A DNA stretch of 64,000 bases from NCBI RefSeq assembly GCF_009914755.1, contig NC_060925.1. One strand, written 5' to 3'. Under the pieces are notes generated by a model, which was given only the letters and a program-made list of their open reading frames with translations, was not told where the DNA came from and searched no databases. The position numbers and the translations under genes were made by a program. The stretch comes from the human T2T-CHM13v2.0 reference genome, Homo sapiens. Shown piece after piece: positions 12,547 through 26,580 of this stretch. Positions within the stretch are counted from its first letter, which is position 1. Each line of letters begins with the position of its first letter.

Positions 12547-12764
12547 AAACTGTGTTTGGCGTTTTCTCTTTAAATGTCATATCCTTTGAGGACTAGGCTA
12601 CATGAGTCACAACTTTATAAATGTTACTGTGTAGCAAATCAATCAAACTTTCATGGGCAAAATTAAAATATATTCAGCATTCATGTTTTGCATGCATGTT
12701 AGTGCATGACTTTCATATGGGTGCCTTGCTCCAAAGAGCAAGGCACATAAAATTCAACATTCTT

Positions 12765-13158
<394 letters not shown>

Positions 13159-14859
13159 TCACTAATAGTTCTGTTTCATTTCACAAGTAGAGAAGATGGA
13201 AGCTTAGAGAGAGGAAACGACTTGCCCAAGCCTCAGAACAGGTTCCAAATACATTTATTGTTGGGCTGGATGAAACACGGATCAGACTAAGTCTGGCAAT
13301 GTTGATGCTGCTAGGGAATTGCAGATTAACTTTAATATATAGATGAGGGTGTGTTGGCTTATTTGTGTTGTTGTTGGATCAGACCTAACTTGATTTAGCC
13401 TAAAGATGTTGTTTATTGCTTCCTGGACCCTACCTGGAAATCTAGAAATGAAACGGAAAGGTATGAGTTGTCAAGCAGGAGAGAAATACAGAGAAGATGC
13501 AGTTGAAATTGCCAAGTTGAGAAGATGGTTCATTACCTAATTTTCAGCTTTTTCTCTGGTCTCCTGGCCCTAAAATTCCTTATGAAATAAGTCTTAATGA
13601 TATATGTATATGAACCTCTAATTTTTAAATTGCTTATTTGTGTTTCTCTATTATTGGAATTTGATTTTGAACCATAACAAAATTACTGGCAGAGGAATCA
13701 GAGGTTGATAAAATGTTAGAAAATATACAGTTAAAAAAAATATACAGTTTATATTCAAAGCTTAGCCCAGAATTAATGGCAAGAAAAATGCTAATAAATA
13801 TACAGAAAGGCAAAAATAATATCCTGTGTTCCCCACCTCAAAAAGCAGCCACAAAAGAGCCTTCTTAAACCACACAGAAGATGCCAGACCATCTTTCCTT
13901 CTTTGAGTCATCTCAATAGCTACGTCCTTTCCTTCATCTCCTCTTGGTCAAGACCTTTCTAATGGCCAAGACTGTCTTTCTCAAAACAAGATCTTTCTCA
14001 AAGTCTGAAAGCTGGGAGCAGTATTTTTTTTTTTGATTATTCTCTGGGGCTTTGATGAAAAGGATTTCCTAAGTAAAAGCGCTTGGGTGAAAGTAACAGA
14101 TTCAAAATATGCAAATTACTGAAAACTCATTCTGTAGTCATAGAAGAAGCCAAATTCCTACTGCTATCTAATGAAGTTCTCCCATCTGGGAGGGCTGGAG
14201 GTTTGCTTCTCCTATTTATGTGTTTCTTTCCAGGGTACCCGTGCTAGGACACACAAAGGCTGCAGCACCCACTACGGTTCCTATGTCTTTGTTGTCTGCC
14301 TTTGAACACTGAGAAAGGACATGGGTTGTGAGCTACAAACGTTGCCTTGGGGTTAATATTTTTGTACGTGAAAAATGTGATGAAATGGATGTTTGCACAT
14401 CTCTCATTATTACAAGCCTTTTCAGTAGAAGCACTTTGTTGTATGAAATGGGATAAGTGGCTCCCTTGCTGACATCACCATTGCCTTAATGTTTTGTATC
14501 TCTGGTCTACTGGCTTCTCTTGCTGAGTATAATTCACCAAACACACCACCCTCCCTCCTGATTCCACCATGTTTCGCATGCAAAGTCAAGCTGGCCAATG
14601 ATCTCATGAGTTCTGTTGTTCCCCATGATATGGCAAAATGGTGGTCCTGATTCTGACTTTATACCTAAGCATCATCCGGGGAGCTTAATAAAATGCAGAT
14701 GCCAAGGCCCACCTGTACAAAGCCTAATAGAACAGGCTGGCTTGAGGCTTGGGAATTTTACTTATAAAACACTGTGCACAATTTTGGCACAGGTGATCTG
14801 TGGACAAGGCTCTGAAACACTGGTTTGGTGACTGAAAGTTGACCCTTAGCCATCCACCC

Positions 14860-15025
14860 TGGGTTTGACTTCTAGCTCTGCCACATATTAGCTGTGACGT
14901 GGGGAGCAGGTCACTCCTCGTTTTGTTCTTCAATTTCCTCAAATCTACAAAACAGAGTGATAATACACACATCACAGCATGGGATGGGTTCATGGATGGT
15001 ATCTAGAGGGAGCTCAATAAATATT
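14860..15025 (+). mobile_element. MIR SINE
   Basis: gggtttgacttctagctctgccac...agctgtgac...gctcaataaatatt. Confidence 0.7.
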
Positions 15026-15433
15026 TCTTTTTTTTTTCTTTTTTTTTGGGTCTGTCTTTAATATTTCTTCAGCGTGACCCAGTTGTCCATAAGTCATTTC
15101 TTATTTGAGATTATGATTCAGCAGAGAAAAGTTAGCATGAAATGTAAGGGTTGTATGGGACCATTTTTGGTTTGGTTTTAGTAAATTTTAAAATTATAGA
15201 ATAGATTATATTTATAAAAATGTGACTCTATGCATACATACATTTTAAAGAATGATTTTTAAAAGACCACCTGTGCCAAACAGCCATGTTCCCACCACCC
15301 AGTTTAATAAATAGGACATTACCAATATCTTGAAGTCTCTTCTGTGACCTTTTCTAACCACATCTCCCTCTCCCCACCAGGGAAGCGACTATCCAGTATT
15401 TGGTATTTATTATTCCCATGCAGTCCTTCATAG

Positions 15434-15620
15434 CAACAGTCCTCACAATGTGGTCTCTGGATCAGCAACATCAGTATCACCCAGAAATTTATTAGAAATA
15501 CAGATTCTTTGGCCCCATTCCCAGACCTATTGAGTTAGAAACTCTGAGGGAGAGACCCAGGAATCTGGGTTATAAAAAGCCCTCCAGGTAATTCTGATGC
15601 ACCGTGAAAACTGCAGCCTT
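15434..15620 (+). mobile_element. MER5A hAT MITE
   Basis: tgtggtc...cagcaacatcagtatcacc...ttagaaatacagattct...ccctccaggtaattctgatgca. Confidence 0.8.
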
Positions 15621-15625
15621 GTGGT

Positions 15626-15631
<6 letters not shown>

Positions 15632-15680
<49 letters not shown>
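15632..15680 (+). repeat. (TG)24 microsatellite
   Basis: Perfect TG array. Confidence 0.98.
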
Positions 15681-15681
<1 letters not shown>

Positions 15682-16345
15682 TAAACAATACATTAGTTTT
15701 AACTGATTTTGACCTTGATATCAATGAAATAATTCTTTGTGTATTCTTTCGTTACTTGATATTTTTCTCTACATTATGTTTGTGCGATTCATCCATATTC
15801 ATGTGTGTATTCATAAGGCCATTCATTTTACAGCGATTTACTATCTGTTGGTGAATATACCACAATTTATTTATACATTTTAGAGCCAATAGACATTTGG
15901 GTTTTTTCTAATGTTTTGCTATTTTGAGCAATGCTACCATGAGCATTCTTGAATATTTAACTGATGCACCTGTGCAAGAGAGTGTCTCTAGAAAAGTGCT
16001 TTCCAGCCTTTTTTACAACACAGTAAACATGGAAAATGATATTTGTAAACAGGGGTAAGTAAGCAAGCTTATCAGGGCATAGAGTGGATTCTCAGGCTTG
16101 GTTCTCTGAACTCCTATTCAACCATGGTCCTATGTAAAAATGTTGGGAATCTTTTTAAACATTTCCAGACTGCTTTGTGGCTGAGTTTCTCAAGGCAAAT
16201 GAGATTTTGCCAATTAGATGCACAAACACAAGATGGGGACCCATGAGGCCAAGGCTGCCCTCCCAGCTGCTCTTGTCATTGCTGCTAACGAGCTCCCTGC
16301 AGCAGCCTTTTGGGGCCCACATTCATGGAGCATAGTGTTCGCTAT

Positions 16346-16349
<4 letters not shown>

Positions 16350-16379
<30 letters not shown>
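16350..16379 (+). repeat. (GT)15 microsatellite
   Basis: Perfect GT array. Confidence 0.97.
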
Positions 16380-16381
<2 letters not shown>

Positions 16382-16435
16382 CCTTTATCAAGTTAAGGAA
16401 ATTCCCTTCTCTTCCCAGTTTGCTAAAGGTTACTT

Positions 16436-16469
16436 CATCAACATCATCATCATCATCATCATCGTCATC
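16436..16469 (+). repeat. (CAT)n microsatellite
   Basis: catcaacatcatcatcatcatcatcatcgtcatc. Confidence 0.9.
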
Positions 16470-16557
16470 AGTAACTGCATTTTATGGGTTGTTTTTTCAA
16501 CTCCTGTTGAGAAGATCTTATGGTTTTTCTCTCCTTTATTAAGATGGTGAATTACAT

Positions 16558-17006
16558 TGTGTTCATTTTCTGGGACTGCCTTAACAAAGTACCAAAAACA
16601 AGGGAGCAGAGGGGGCTTATATGACAAAAATTTGTTGCCTCGCAGTTCTAGAGGCTGGAAGTCTGAAATCAAGGTGTCAGCAGGGTTGGTTCCTCTGAGG
16701 GATGTGGAGAAGACTCTGTTCCAGGCCTCTCTCCTACCTCCTGGCAGCTTCAGGCATTCCTCGACTTGTAGATGGTCATCTTTTCCCTGCATCTTCACAC
16801 CATCTTTCCTCTGTGTGTGTCTGTCTCTGTGTTTAAATCTCTTTCTATAAAAACACCAGTCATCCAGTAGGATCACAGCTCACCTTAATGACCTCATCTT
16901 AATTTGATCACTTGCAAAGACCTTATTTCTAAATAAGCTCACATTCACAGGTACTAGAGGTCACAACTTCAACATCTTTTGGAGGGACACAAGCCACCCC
17001 ATAACA
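16558..17006 (-). mobile_element. MLT1C MaLR solo LTR
   Basis: TG...CA termini with perfect 5-bp TSD tacat (16553-16557, 17007-17011); MLT1C internal motifs. Confidence 0.9.
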
Positions 17007-17560
17007 TACATTAATAATTTTCTAATGTTGAACCAATCTTGCATTCCTTTGTCATGCTGAATTTTTTAAATACATTGTTGAATGTAGTTTTCTAACACTT
17101 CATTTAGATTTGACTTAGGACTTCCGCCTATACATTAATCAAGATTGGCCTGTAATTTTCCTTATACAATTGTCCTTTGTCTGGCTTGGATATCAAAGTT
17201 GTCATAGCTTCACAAAATAAGTTTTAGAAAATAAAACTTCCTCTTTTTCTTTCTATTTTTTACAATCTTTGTCTTACTTGGGAAAATTTCAAACACACAA
17301 AAGTAGAGAAAATAATATAAAGAACGCCCTTGTGCCCATTATATACTCAAAAATTAACAACGTATGGCCAATTGTATTTTGTCTATTACACACCCAACCC
17401 TGAATTATTTTAAAGCAACCCCATACATCATATCATTTCACCCACAAATATATCTGTATGTATCTCTAAAAGCTACGGTCTCTTTTTAAAACACAGCCAC
17501 AATGCCATTTGTAACACCTAAATTATTTTTAAACCTATACGAGTTAGAAACAACAGTAAC

Positions 17561-17883
<323 letters not shown>

Positions 17884-18209
17884 CTATGTGCCCATTTCTC
17901 AGTTTTGATATTTATTAACTCATAGTCAGTTTTCTTTCATGTCCCCTCACACCCGTGGCTCCCTCCAAATTATTTTGGAGCAATTCCTGGATATTATATC
18001 ATTCTAATTTAAAATTTTTCAATTTATACACATTCACCTACTGCATTAGGGGTAGAGAGATGATGGGGTATTTCTATGCTAATGTTCTTTCACAGGAAAA
18101 CAGAAACTCACAGGAAAAGATGTTCCCTTCCCTCTCCACCCTCACGTTTATTTACATTCTTAGGCAGTTGCTCCCAAACCTGACTGGTCTCATCAGGGTC
18201 ATGTGGAGA

Positions 18210-18367
18210 GGTGGCAGGTGCCTATAATCCCAGCTACTCAGGAGGCTGAGGCAGGAGAATCGCCTGAATCTGGGAGGCGGAGGTTGCTGTGAGTCAAGAT
18301 CGCGCCACTGCACTCCAGCCTGGGCAACAAGAGTGAAACTCTGTCTCAAAAAAAAAAAAAAAAAAAA
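18210..18367 (+). mobile_element. 5'-truncated Alu right arm (Sq/Sp-like)
   Basis: ggtggcaggtgcctataatccc...gcaacaagagtgaaactc plus poly(A). Confidence 0.93.
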
Positions 18368-18464
18368 CAGAGATGCCAGGAAATTCTCAGAGATTCATGT
18401 CTAAATGATAAGAGTTCTTTAACGACATAACAGTATCTTTATCACACCTGAAAATTAGCACTGA

Positions 18465-18802
<338 letters not shown>

Positions 18803-20123
18803 TAAGTTTCCCATATTGTATCATCATTTTTTATCTGTTGATTGATTTGAATGAGGATGCAAATCAAGTTCACACATTGCATTCAGTTGATCTGTTTCCT
18901 AAGACTTTTTACCTCTATGGCTTTTTAATTTATTGTATATTTGCCATTTATTTATTGGAGAAACTGATTCATTTACGGTATAAATGTCCCACATTCTGGA
19001 TATTTTTTTAGTCTGTGCATGTTGTCAGTTGACATTTTCTTCCCTCCTCTGTATTTTCTGTAAATTGGTGATAGTTAGACCAAGAAGCTTCATCAAATTC
19101 AGCTTTTTTTTTTTTTTTTTGGCAGGCAAGACTATTTCCAACATGCCACTGCGTCAATCAGGAGGTAGATAATGTCTGTTTTGCAAAACTATGAACCATC
19201 TCACAGACTTTTTTAAGTGACCATCTAATCTGTATTTATCATAGACATAAGGCGTTTCAAATGATGTAATTTTTGGCATATTATAAAGGTCACATAAAAT
19301 TGTCATATTACTTATTTAAATGTAGCTAAATACTAAAGACTTTTTATTGCCTGGCAGAGGAGCAGACAGACTGGGAAAGGAAGAGGGAGCAACTAAGTTA
19401 AGCATGCCCAATCCTTTATCCCAAATTCACCAATCAGATAAGACACTGAATTAGGGGTGGAGAGAGGCTGGGGCATTAAACTAATGTTTCCTTCACAGGA
19501 AAATATGAAATCACAGGCAAAGAGCTTTCTGCCTCTCCACCCTCATGTGCACATCCTAGGTAATTGCTCCCAAATTGAACTGGTCTCATCAGAGTCACAC
19601 GAAGGCATTTTTAAACAATAGAGATGCCAGGAGATTCTCACTTGGAGATGGATGAAAGGGACTTGAAATCTGTTAAGCAGACATCTCTTGTTAGTGCAGT
19701 ACTATCAGGGGTCTGGAGTGTTCTAGAAAACCCACAGTCATACAAGTGGTACCTTGGTCCAAAGCCATAGCCCTGAGTATGAACAAATCATTTTCTTTAT
19801 CAGAAAACAAAGATAAGGATGCCCGTCTCCTAGACTTGTTTGAGGAGTAAATGAGATGGCACATTCATTCACTCATTAAATATTTATGAAATGTTTGCTA
19901 TGTGCAAGGCAGGGTCCTGGACATTGAGACAGGCAGAAAAAGTGAGAGAGAAGGTTGCCTTCACTGAGCAAGATGAGCCTCAAAGCAGCAGTGACGAGAA
20001 CATAAGGTGAGGGTCACAGAAGAACGGCCCAGGAGCTGCTCTGGAAAGTACAGGGGCCCACTAGTCATCCCTACATCCCCTCGCTGCAGGCCAAAAACCC
20101 CACCAGTTTAGAAGGTGAGTCAC

Positions 20124-20909
20124 TGTTAGGGATTGGGAATCGTGTCCCCCCAAAAATCCAGATGTCAAAATCCTAACCTACAGTGTCTCAGAATGTGGCC
20201 CTATTTGGACCTACGGTCATCGGCATATGGACTTAGTTAAGATGAGGTTGCGGCCGGGCGCGGTGGCTCACACCTGTAATCCCAGCGCTTCGGGAGGCTG
20301 AGGTGGGTGGATCACAAGGTCAAGAGATCGAGACCATCCTGGCTAACACGGTGAAGCCCCATCTCTACTAAAAATACAAAAAATTAGCCAGAAGTGATGG
20401 CACACCCCTGTAGTCCCAGCTACTCAGGAGGCTGTGGCAGGAGAATCAGGAGACTCACTTGAACCCGGGAGGCGGAGGTTGCAGTGAGCCAAGATCGCGC
20501 CACTGCACTCCAGCCTGGGTGACAGAGTGAGACTCCATCTCAAAAAAAAAAAAAAAAAAAAAAAAAAGACGAGGTTGCATTGGAGTCGGTGGGCCCAATC
20601 CGATATGACTGGTGTCCTTAAGGGGAACTGTGGACTCAGACAGGCACACAAGGTAATGCCACGTGAAGGTGAATGAAGAGATCAGGGTGATACATCTCCA
20701 AGCCAAGGAGCACCAAAGATTGCCAGGCAACCACCAGAAGCAAGGCGACAGGCACAGGACATATTCTCTCATAGCCTCAGGATGGAAACAACTTGTGTGA
20801 TACCTTGATCTTGGACTTCTAGCCTCCAGAATGGTGGGACAATAATTTCTCTTGTTTCAGCCACCCAGCCTGAGGTACCTTATTACAGCAGTCCTGGGAA
20901 ACTATTACA
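20124..20909 (+). mobile_element. MLT1C MaLR LTR containing an Alu
   Basis: tgttaggg...gtgtccccccaaaa...ttggacttctagcctccagaa...ggaaactattaca. Confidence 0.88.
20252..20565 (+). mobile_element. AluSc8-like
   Basis: gagatcgagaccatcctggctaacacgg; 13-bp TSD aaga(t/c)gaggttgc; 9-bp internal duplication caggagaat/caggagact. Confidence 0.95.
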
Positions 20910-20951
20910 AATACATCCCATACACAGACATTCATTTGGTGAAATGACAAT

Positions 20952-21183
20952 CCACGTTTATAAGCACCTACATATATGCCAGGCATTTTTGTAGGTACAA
21001 TACAGGTTCATCCTACTTCTGCCTCATAATGACTCTAAAAGGCAGGTACTGTTATGATTCCTATTTTACAGAGGATGAAACTGAGGCACAGAGGTTAAGC
21101 AGCCTGTCCAAGGTCACACAGGCAGTACACAGCCAGGATTCAAACCCAGCAAGTCTACAGTCTGTTGAGCCCAAGCTCTGAAC
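20952..21183 (-). mobile_element. MIR (MIRb), near full length
   Basis: attttacagaggatgaaactgaggcacagaggttaag...ccaaggtcacaca...ggattcaaacccag. Confidence 0.88.
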
Positions 21184-23577
21184 TTGCAGGATCCCACTTT
21201 AGCTTGGAACACTGAATGTTTGTTTAAGGGGACTTGGAACCAGTTTCACTGGATATTTCCGAAAGGATTTCTAAATGTTCTTAACTGGCACTATGCCATG
21301 TCAAGAGGCCTCCCGTCTTGCTTGGTTTCCTTTGATCTAGTTGGTCAAAACAAAAACCCAACAGCCACTCTAGTTGGGTTTCCCTGGAAGAACTGTATTT
21401 GCCACCACATTGGTAAATCCCCCAACCCTGTTCATTCTTCACCAAATTGGAGGGGCAAAGGCAATTGAGGTGCACATATGTATTTGTTATCAGCAGCAAT
21501 TTCAGTAATTACTTCTGCACACATAAAGCAAATCAGCTGGAAGGCAAACTGCAGCCATCTGACTTTAAACAAACTCAGTGCCGCTGAGCAAAACAAGAAT
21601 CCCAACACTGCCCCTGCAAGGTCAAGGGTGCTAGAGACAGATACACCTGCATTATCACTCCAGCTCCCACTCCAAGCTCACTGTTCTAGCTCTGAATCCT
21701 GCCTCATGGTGTCCTGAAGTAAGGCCCATGAAGCAACTTGCCTAGAAACAGAACATTCTAGAAGGCTGATATGCACCCTTCCTTCTCCCACCTTATCTTC
21801 CTGGCATTTCCTCTATGCTGGTGATAGTGGTATGTTCTGGAGTCCTATGTTATTTCAATTCAAGCAACATTTTATCAAGTACCTTCTGGAAGAAAAGTAC
21901 AGAACTTGGCATAGAGAATAAAGAAATGAACAACAGAGACCCTGCTTCCTACTGTCACTTTGCTTCCTGGAGCCCCAAAAGGCTCCCATGGGAAGCCACA
22001 GAAGACTGGTCCAGAAAACAGTTTCCACGAGGGTGACTTACTGTTCTAATTTGCCTGGGACTGAGGGGGATCCTGGGACTTTTGGGTAAAGTCCTGGGCA
22101 AACCAGGAAGAGCTGATGACCCCAGTTCCAATATCCCAGCCCCCCAGCTCCCCACACCTACAGTTTAAGGAATCAGTGGATCAGCTTAATTCTGTTTTTA
22201 TCTCTTACATATAGTATAGTGAATTTCCAAGGGAGATTTTGTCTGGAAAAAAAATATTTTTGTTACCTGAAAAATAAAAGATAAAAATATTTGACATCTT
22301 TACCTTCTTATTGTATACTACGGGCTGTTTCTTTTACAGATGTTTTGTCCATACCCTGCACCAGATATGACTCAATCACTGGACAGGACAGGCACAGAAT
22401 TTCTGCAGTCCATGAAATGGAGTCATCCATGCTTGCTTGGAACAGCTTACAATAATCCACAGTTGAAAATTACCACTGTCATTACAACTCCAACCTGAAA
22501 GATGTGTCTTAGGCCAGGAAGTCCCCCTCCTCTTACCTAGGTACAAGGACAAATCACTAATACTTATTCCTGAGAACACAGAAGCCATTGTCTATCTTCT
22601 AGACCCTTTGTGCCCAAGTGTATTCAAGCATCTTGCTCTGCAAGGGTGTTAACATGTATCCCTCTCATTCTGGGGATTCGGGGCCAATGATTCTCATTAC
22701 AGAATGCTCTAATTCTTTCCAAGACATTGATGCCCCCCTTAGCCAACACAAAGAAGCCCTGGGGCTGTGAACAGCCTTGCCTGCTTGGAGACCGACCCTC
22801 TTACCAAGGAAACAGGAGCTCAGCATGGTGTACCTCCAGCTCCTGGGACTTGTTTCACTGCAGAAGTCAGGCCAGCTTGCAGCCACCTCCAAATCTTCCT
22901 GCCAGGTTTCTTTTCTGCCTGTTCCAGGAGCTCAGGATACCTTCACAGTTGGTGAGGTTGCCTTGACACTGGCAACCACCTAGGGATGCCGAGCGCCCTT
23001 TAGGGAAGAATTCAGCCAGGAAGATAATAGATGCTAATGTCAGAAGGGGAGCCCTGGAGGGAAAGAAACGAGAGAGGATCACCTTGCAAGGAGTGGAGTG
23101 CTGTTTCTGTAATTTCCCCGTGGAATTTCGATCTGCCCTTGTCGAGAATGAGGTCAGACAAATGAGTTTATTTATTCTCCAGGGTGACTAACAGAATGGA
23201 AGCATTCGCAGAGCAAAGAAGGAGTCAGGAGCAAACCACAATTAGCAGTATTACCAGAACCTGCCACTTCCAAGCCAGATCATTTCCTTTCTTTCTTTCT
23301 TTGTTTTTTCCACTTTCGCAGACTATTAATTGGGCTGCAGCTTTTTCAGACAAAACAGTTCCCTAAAGTCTGACTCTTTCCTTCTGGATTTGCAGACTCT
23401 ATCAAGGCATTTTGTCAAGTCCCCAGATTTTCAATTATTTTTTGAGGCTGAACTCCTGCTTGTCACAGCAGAAACAAACATGTTCTTAATTCTAAGAGGA
23501 AAACCCCCATTTTCTAGGGTTACTCCAAAAGAGGACATTGATAGAAGAGGCTACTGACATGAAGAGGAAATAACTCC

Positions 23578-24471
23578 ACCCAATTAAAAAATGGGGAAAG
23601 GATCCAAACAGACGTCTCTTACAAAAAAATTCAAAGAGCCAATAAATGTATGAAAAGATGCTCAACATCGTTAACTATCAGGGAAATGAAAATCAGCACC
23701 ACAATGAGATACCACTTCACACTCACTAGGATGGTTATGATTTAAAAATTAGGTAATAGCAAGTGTTGAAGATGTGGAAAAATGGGAACCCTTATACGTT
23801 GCTGGTGGGAATGCAAAATGGTGCGACCCCTTTGGGAACAATCTGCCAGTCCCTTGAAAGGTTAAACACAAAGTCACCATATAGCCCAGAAATTCTACTC
23901 CTAGGTATGTACCCAAGAGAATTGAAGACCTATATCCATCATTAACATATACAGGTATGAAAACCTGTATAAAAATGTTTATAGCAGCATTTCTCATTAT
24001 AGGCAACGAGTGGAAACAACCCAAAGTCCATCAACTGACAAGCAGGTAAATAAAATGTCAGCTTTCAATATAATGAAATAGTGTTTGACCATAAAAAGGA
24101 ATGAGTACTGATACACCCTACAATGTGGATGAGCCTCGGAAACATTATGCTAAGTGAAATAACCCAGACACAAAAGACCATACATTATATGATTCCACTT
24201 ATACAAAATGTCCAGAACCAGAAACCCATAGATAGAGAAAATAGATCAGTAACTGCCTAGGGTGGGGATGGGAGATCGGGGCTGGGGGGAGCAAAGAAAA
24301 TGAGGGGGGAATGGGGAGTGATTTTTAATGCATAAGGGGTTTCTTTTGGAGTGATAAGAATGTTCTAGCATAATTGATTGTGGCTGCGCAATCTGTAAAT
24401 ATACTAAAAATATTGTATATTTTAAGCAGGTGAATTGTATGAGATTTGAATTATATCTCAATAAAGTTGTT
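23578..24471 (+). mobile_element. L1MB-type 3' end (ORF2 C-terminus plus 3'UTR)
   Basis: caattaaaaaatggg...gaaaagatgctcaacatc...cacaatgagataccac...tatatctcaataaagttgtt. Confidence 0.9.
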
Positions 24472-24489
24472 ATTACAGAGGAAAACGAA

Positions 24490-24910
24490 ATGGAAGTGAT
24501 GCATGAGCTGGTTGCTGAGGACTAAGTGGCAGTCAGCAAGGGAGAGGAAAGGAGCTTCCCAGGCAGCCGTAACAGCCTGTGCAAAGTCCCTGTGGCAGGA
24601 GAGAATGTGGTGAGCCCCGGGTTCCAAAAGGCAACTCGTGGGGCTGAAACCTAGAAAGGGATGGAGAGCAAGGAGTGAGAGGATGATGGACAGCAAATAG
24701 GGGAAAGATTCTGTTGGACTTTGCAGGCCAGAAAATGAGTGTTGTCTTTATTCTCAGAGTAAGGGAAACTGTTTGCAGGAAATGACTGTCAGATTTACTT
24801 TATGAAAAATTGGGCTTCACTGCAGCATGGAGAATGGATCAGACAGAAGGTAGAGTGGAAAGGAAAGGACCACTGGGAGACCATGGAGCAGCCCAGGTGA
24901 CAGTGACAAA
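24490..24910 (-). mobile_element. L2 relic
   Basis: aacagcctgtgcaaagtccctgtggcagga...ggagaatggat...ccaggtga. Confidence 0.6.
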
Positions 24911-25224
24911 TGTCATCAGGAGTTTAGGATCATCACACATACCTTGAGAAGTAAGTACGTCAGCAATTGTCATCTTCATTTGCTGCATTGAGAAACGAAG
25001 TGGCTTCATGTGAGGCTATTGGGCAAGTTAGTACCAGAGATGGGTCTCTCTGTTTTACTCTTACAAATCTTCCCTACAGCCCAAAACACTGGGTCTTTTC
25101 TCTGGGCTCTTGGCAAGTGCCAAGTTAGCATTTGTTTTGCCCCCTACTCTCCAGAGAACATGGACGTACTTTTCCTCCCCCTGGGTTGCTGAAAGTAAAA
25201 AATGCAACAACACTAAATACTCAA

Positions 25225-25447
25225 GCATGTGGTCTGGAGACACAGGTCTCCATCTAAATCCACCACTGATTACCTGTGACCTGAGGCCTAATCTCTCTCT
25301 GTCTCAAGTGCCCAGTCGGTAAAGTGTTGCATAGAGTAGTCCCAAGTTTAGAGGATTGTTGGGAGAATTTAGTAAAACCATCTCACTAACAGCTTAGAAC
25401 AAAGCCTAGTGTATATAAACTACTCAATAAGTATTGGCCATTATTAT
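25225..25447 (+). mobile_element. MIR SINE
   Basis: tctggagacac...cctgtgacctga...actcaataagtattggccattatta. Confidence 0.65.
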
Positions 25448-25791
25448 CCTTTTCAGAATTATTATTACTTTGAACAAAGAGTAAACAGAGAACACTAGAC
25501 ATTCTCCTCACATCCCAGTCTCTGGAGGCTTTGGCAGTCTATTGGTTCCTCTCTGAGCAAAACTGTCTTCCTAACATCTGTGCACAATGGCCCAACATCT
25601 GGCCCTGAGAACTGGCCAAGACTGAGGCTCAGGAGCCTGGTGCTCTAGGGTGAGATAGCATGTGGATCCAATGTCCCTGACCTAGCACATGCAGTGTTTG
25701 TCTTCTTTGCAACAGTTGTGTATTTCCTGTGGAATTCGAAGGCTGTCTCTCAATGCCTACTCGCCACTTTATCCATACCCAAACATGGCAT

Positions 25792-25966
25792 CAGCCTGGC
25801 TCCTTGGATGTGACCCACTCAGTTGCACAGGGCCCTGTGCTTGGAAAGCCCTTGCACTTTGTCCATTGCTCTGATCTCACCATTTGGAAATTCTTAATAG
25901 TTCTTGAGCCAAGGTGCCTTCATATTCCTTTTGCACTGGGCCCTGCAGATTATATAGCAAATCCTG
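25792..25966 (+). mobile_element. MER45A-like hAT MITE
   Basis: gcacagggccc...gaaattcttaata...ttttgcactgggccctgcagattatatagc..tcctg. Confidence 0.8.
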
Positions 25967-26234
25967 CAATGTAGCCCCTTCTACTACAGCAAGTAAACGG
26001 CATGGTGGTGTGGGAGATCATCCAAGAGCTGACTTGGAGTCAGCAACGAGAGCCTGGTACTGGCTGTGGCCGTGGGCCTGTCTGTGGGCTTCTAAGCAAT
26101 CACAGGAGATAGATGGTTAAGACTAAAGACGCCATATCAAGAATGCACAGGGGCTCAAGAACTACACCCTTGTTCCCTCTCTTACGCTGCTCAATGCTCT
26201 AGTTTCTCTTCAGGCTAAGTACAAGGACCATGTC

Positions 26235-26580
26235 TGTATTAGTTTGCTGGAATTGCCATTAAAAGTACCACACACTGCGTGGCTTGAACAACAGAAGTAT
26301 GTCATCTCACAGTTCTGGAGGCTGGAAGTCCAAGATCAAGGCATTGGTAGGGTTGGTTTTTTCTGAAGACACTCTTTTTAGCTTGTAGATGGCTACCTTC
26401 TCCCCGTGTCTACACACTTCTTCTGTGTGTTTCTGCATTCTTATCTCCTTGTCTTCCAAGGACACCAATCCTATCAGATCAGGACCCACCCTAGTGACCT
26501 CATGTTAAATTAATTAGCTCTTTAAAGACCTTATCTCCAAATACAGTTACATTCTGAGTTCCCCAGGGTCAGGACTTCAA
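26235..26580 (-). mobile_element. MLT1B MaLR LTR
   Basis: tgtattagtttgct...tctcacagttctggaggctggaagtccaagatcaagg...ctttaaagaccttatctccaaatacag. Confidence 0.88.

Larger units (their letters stand above)
15170..17230 (-). mobile_element. Fragmented old L1M (L1ME-type), interrupted by MER5A, microsatellites and MLT1C
   Basis: gattcatccat...gaatataccacaatttattt...agacatttgggtt; ggtggaattacat|taataattttctaatgttgaaccaatcttgcattcc. Confidence 0.65.

Noticed and set aside
15527-16876. ORFs with HT/CV/poly-M/poly-I/poly-S runs
   Set aside because: They are translations of (TG)n and (CAT)n microsatellites and MLT1C.
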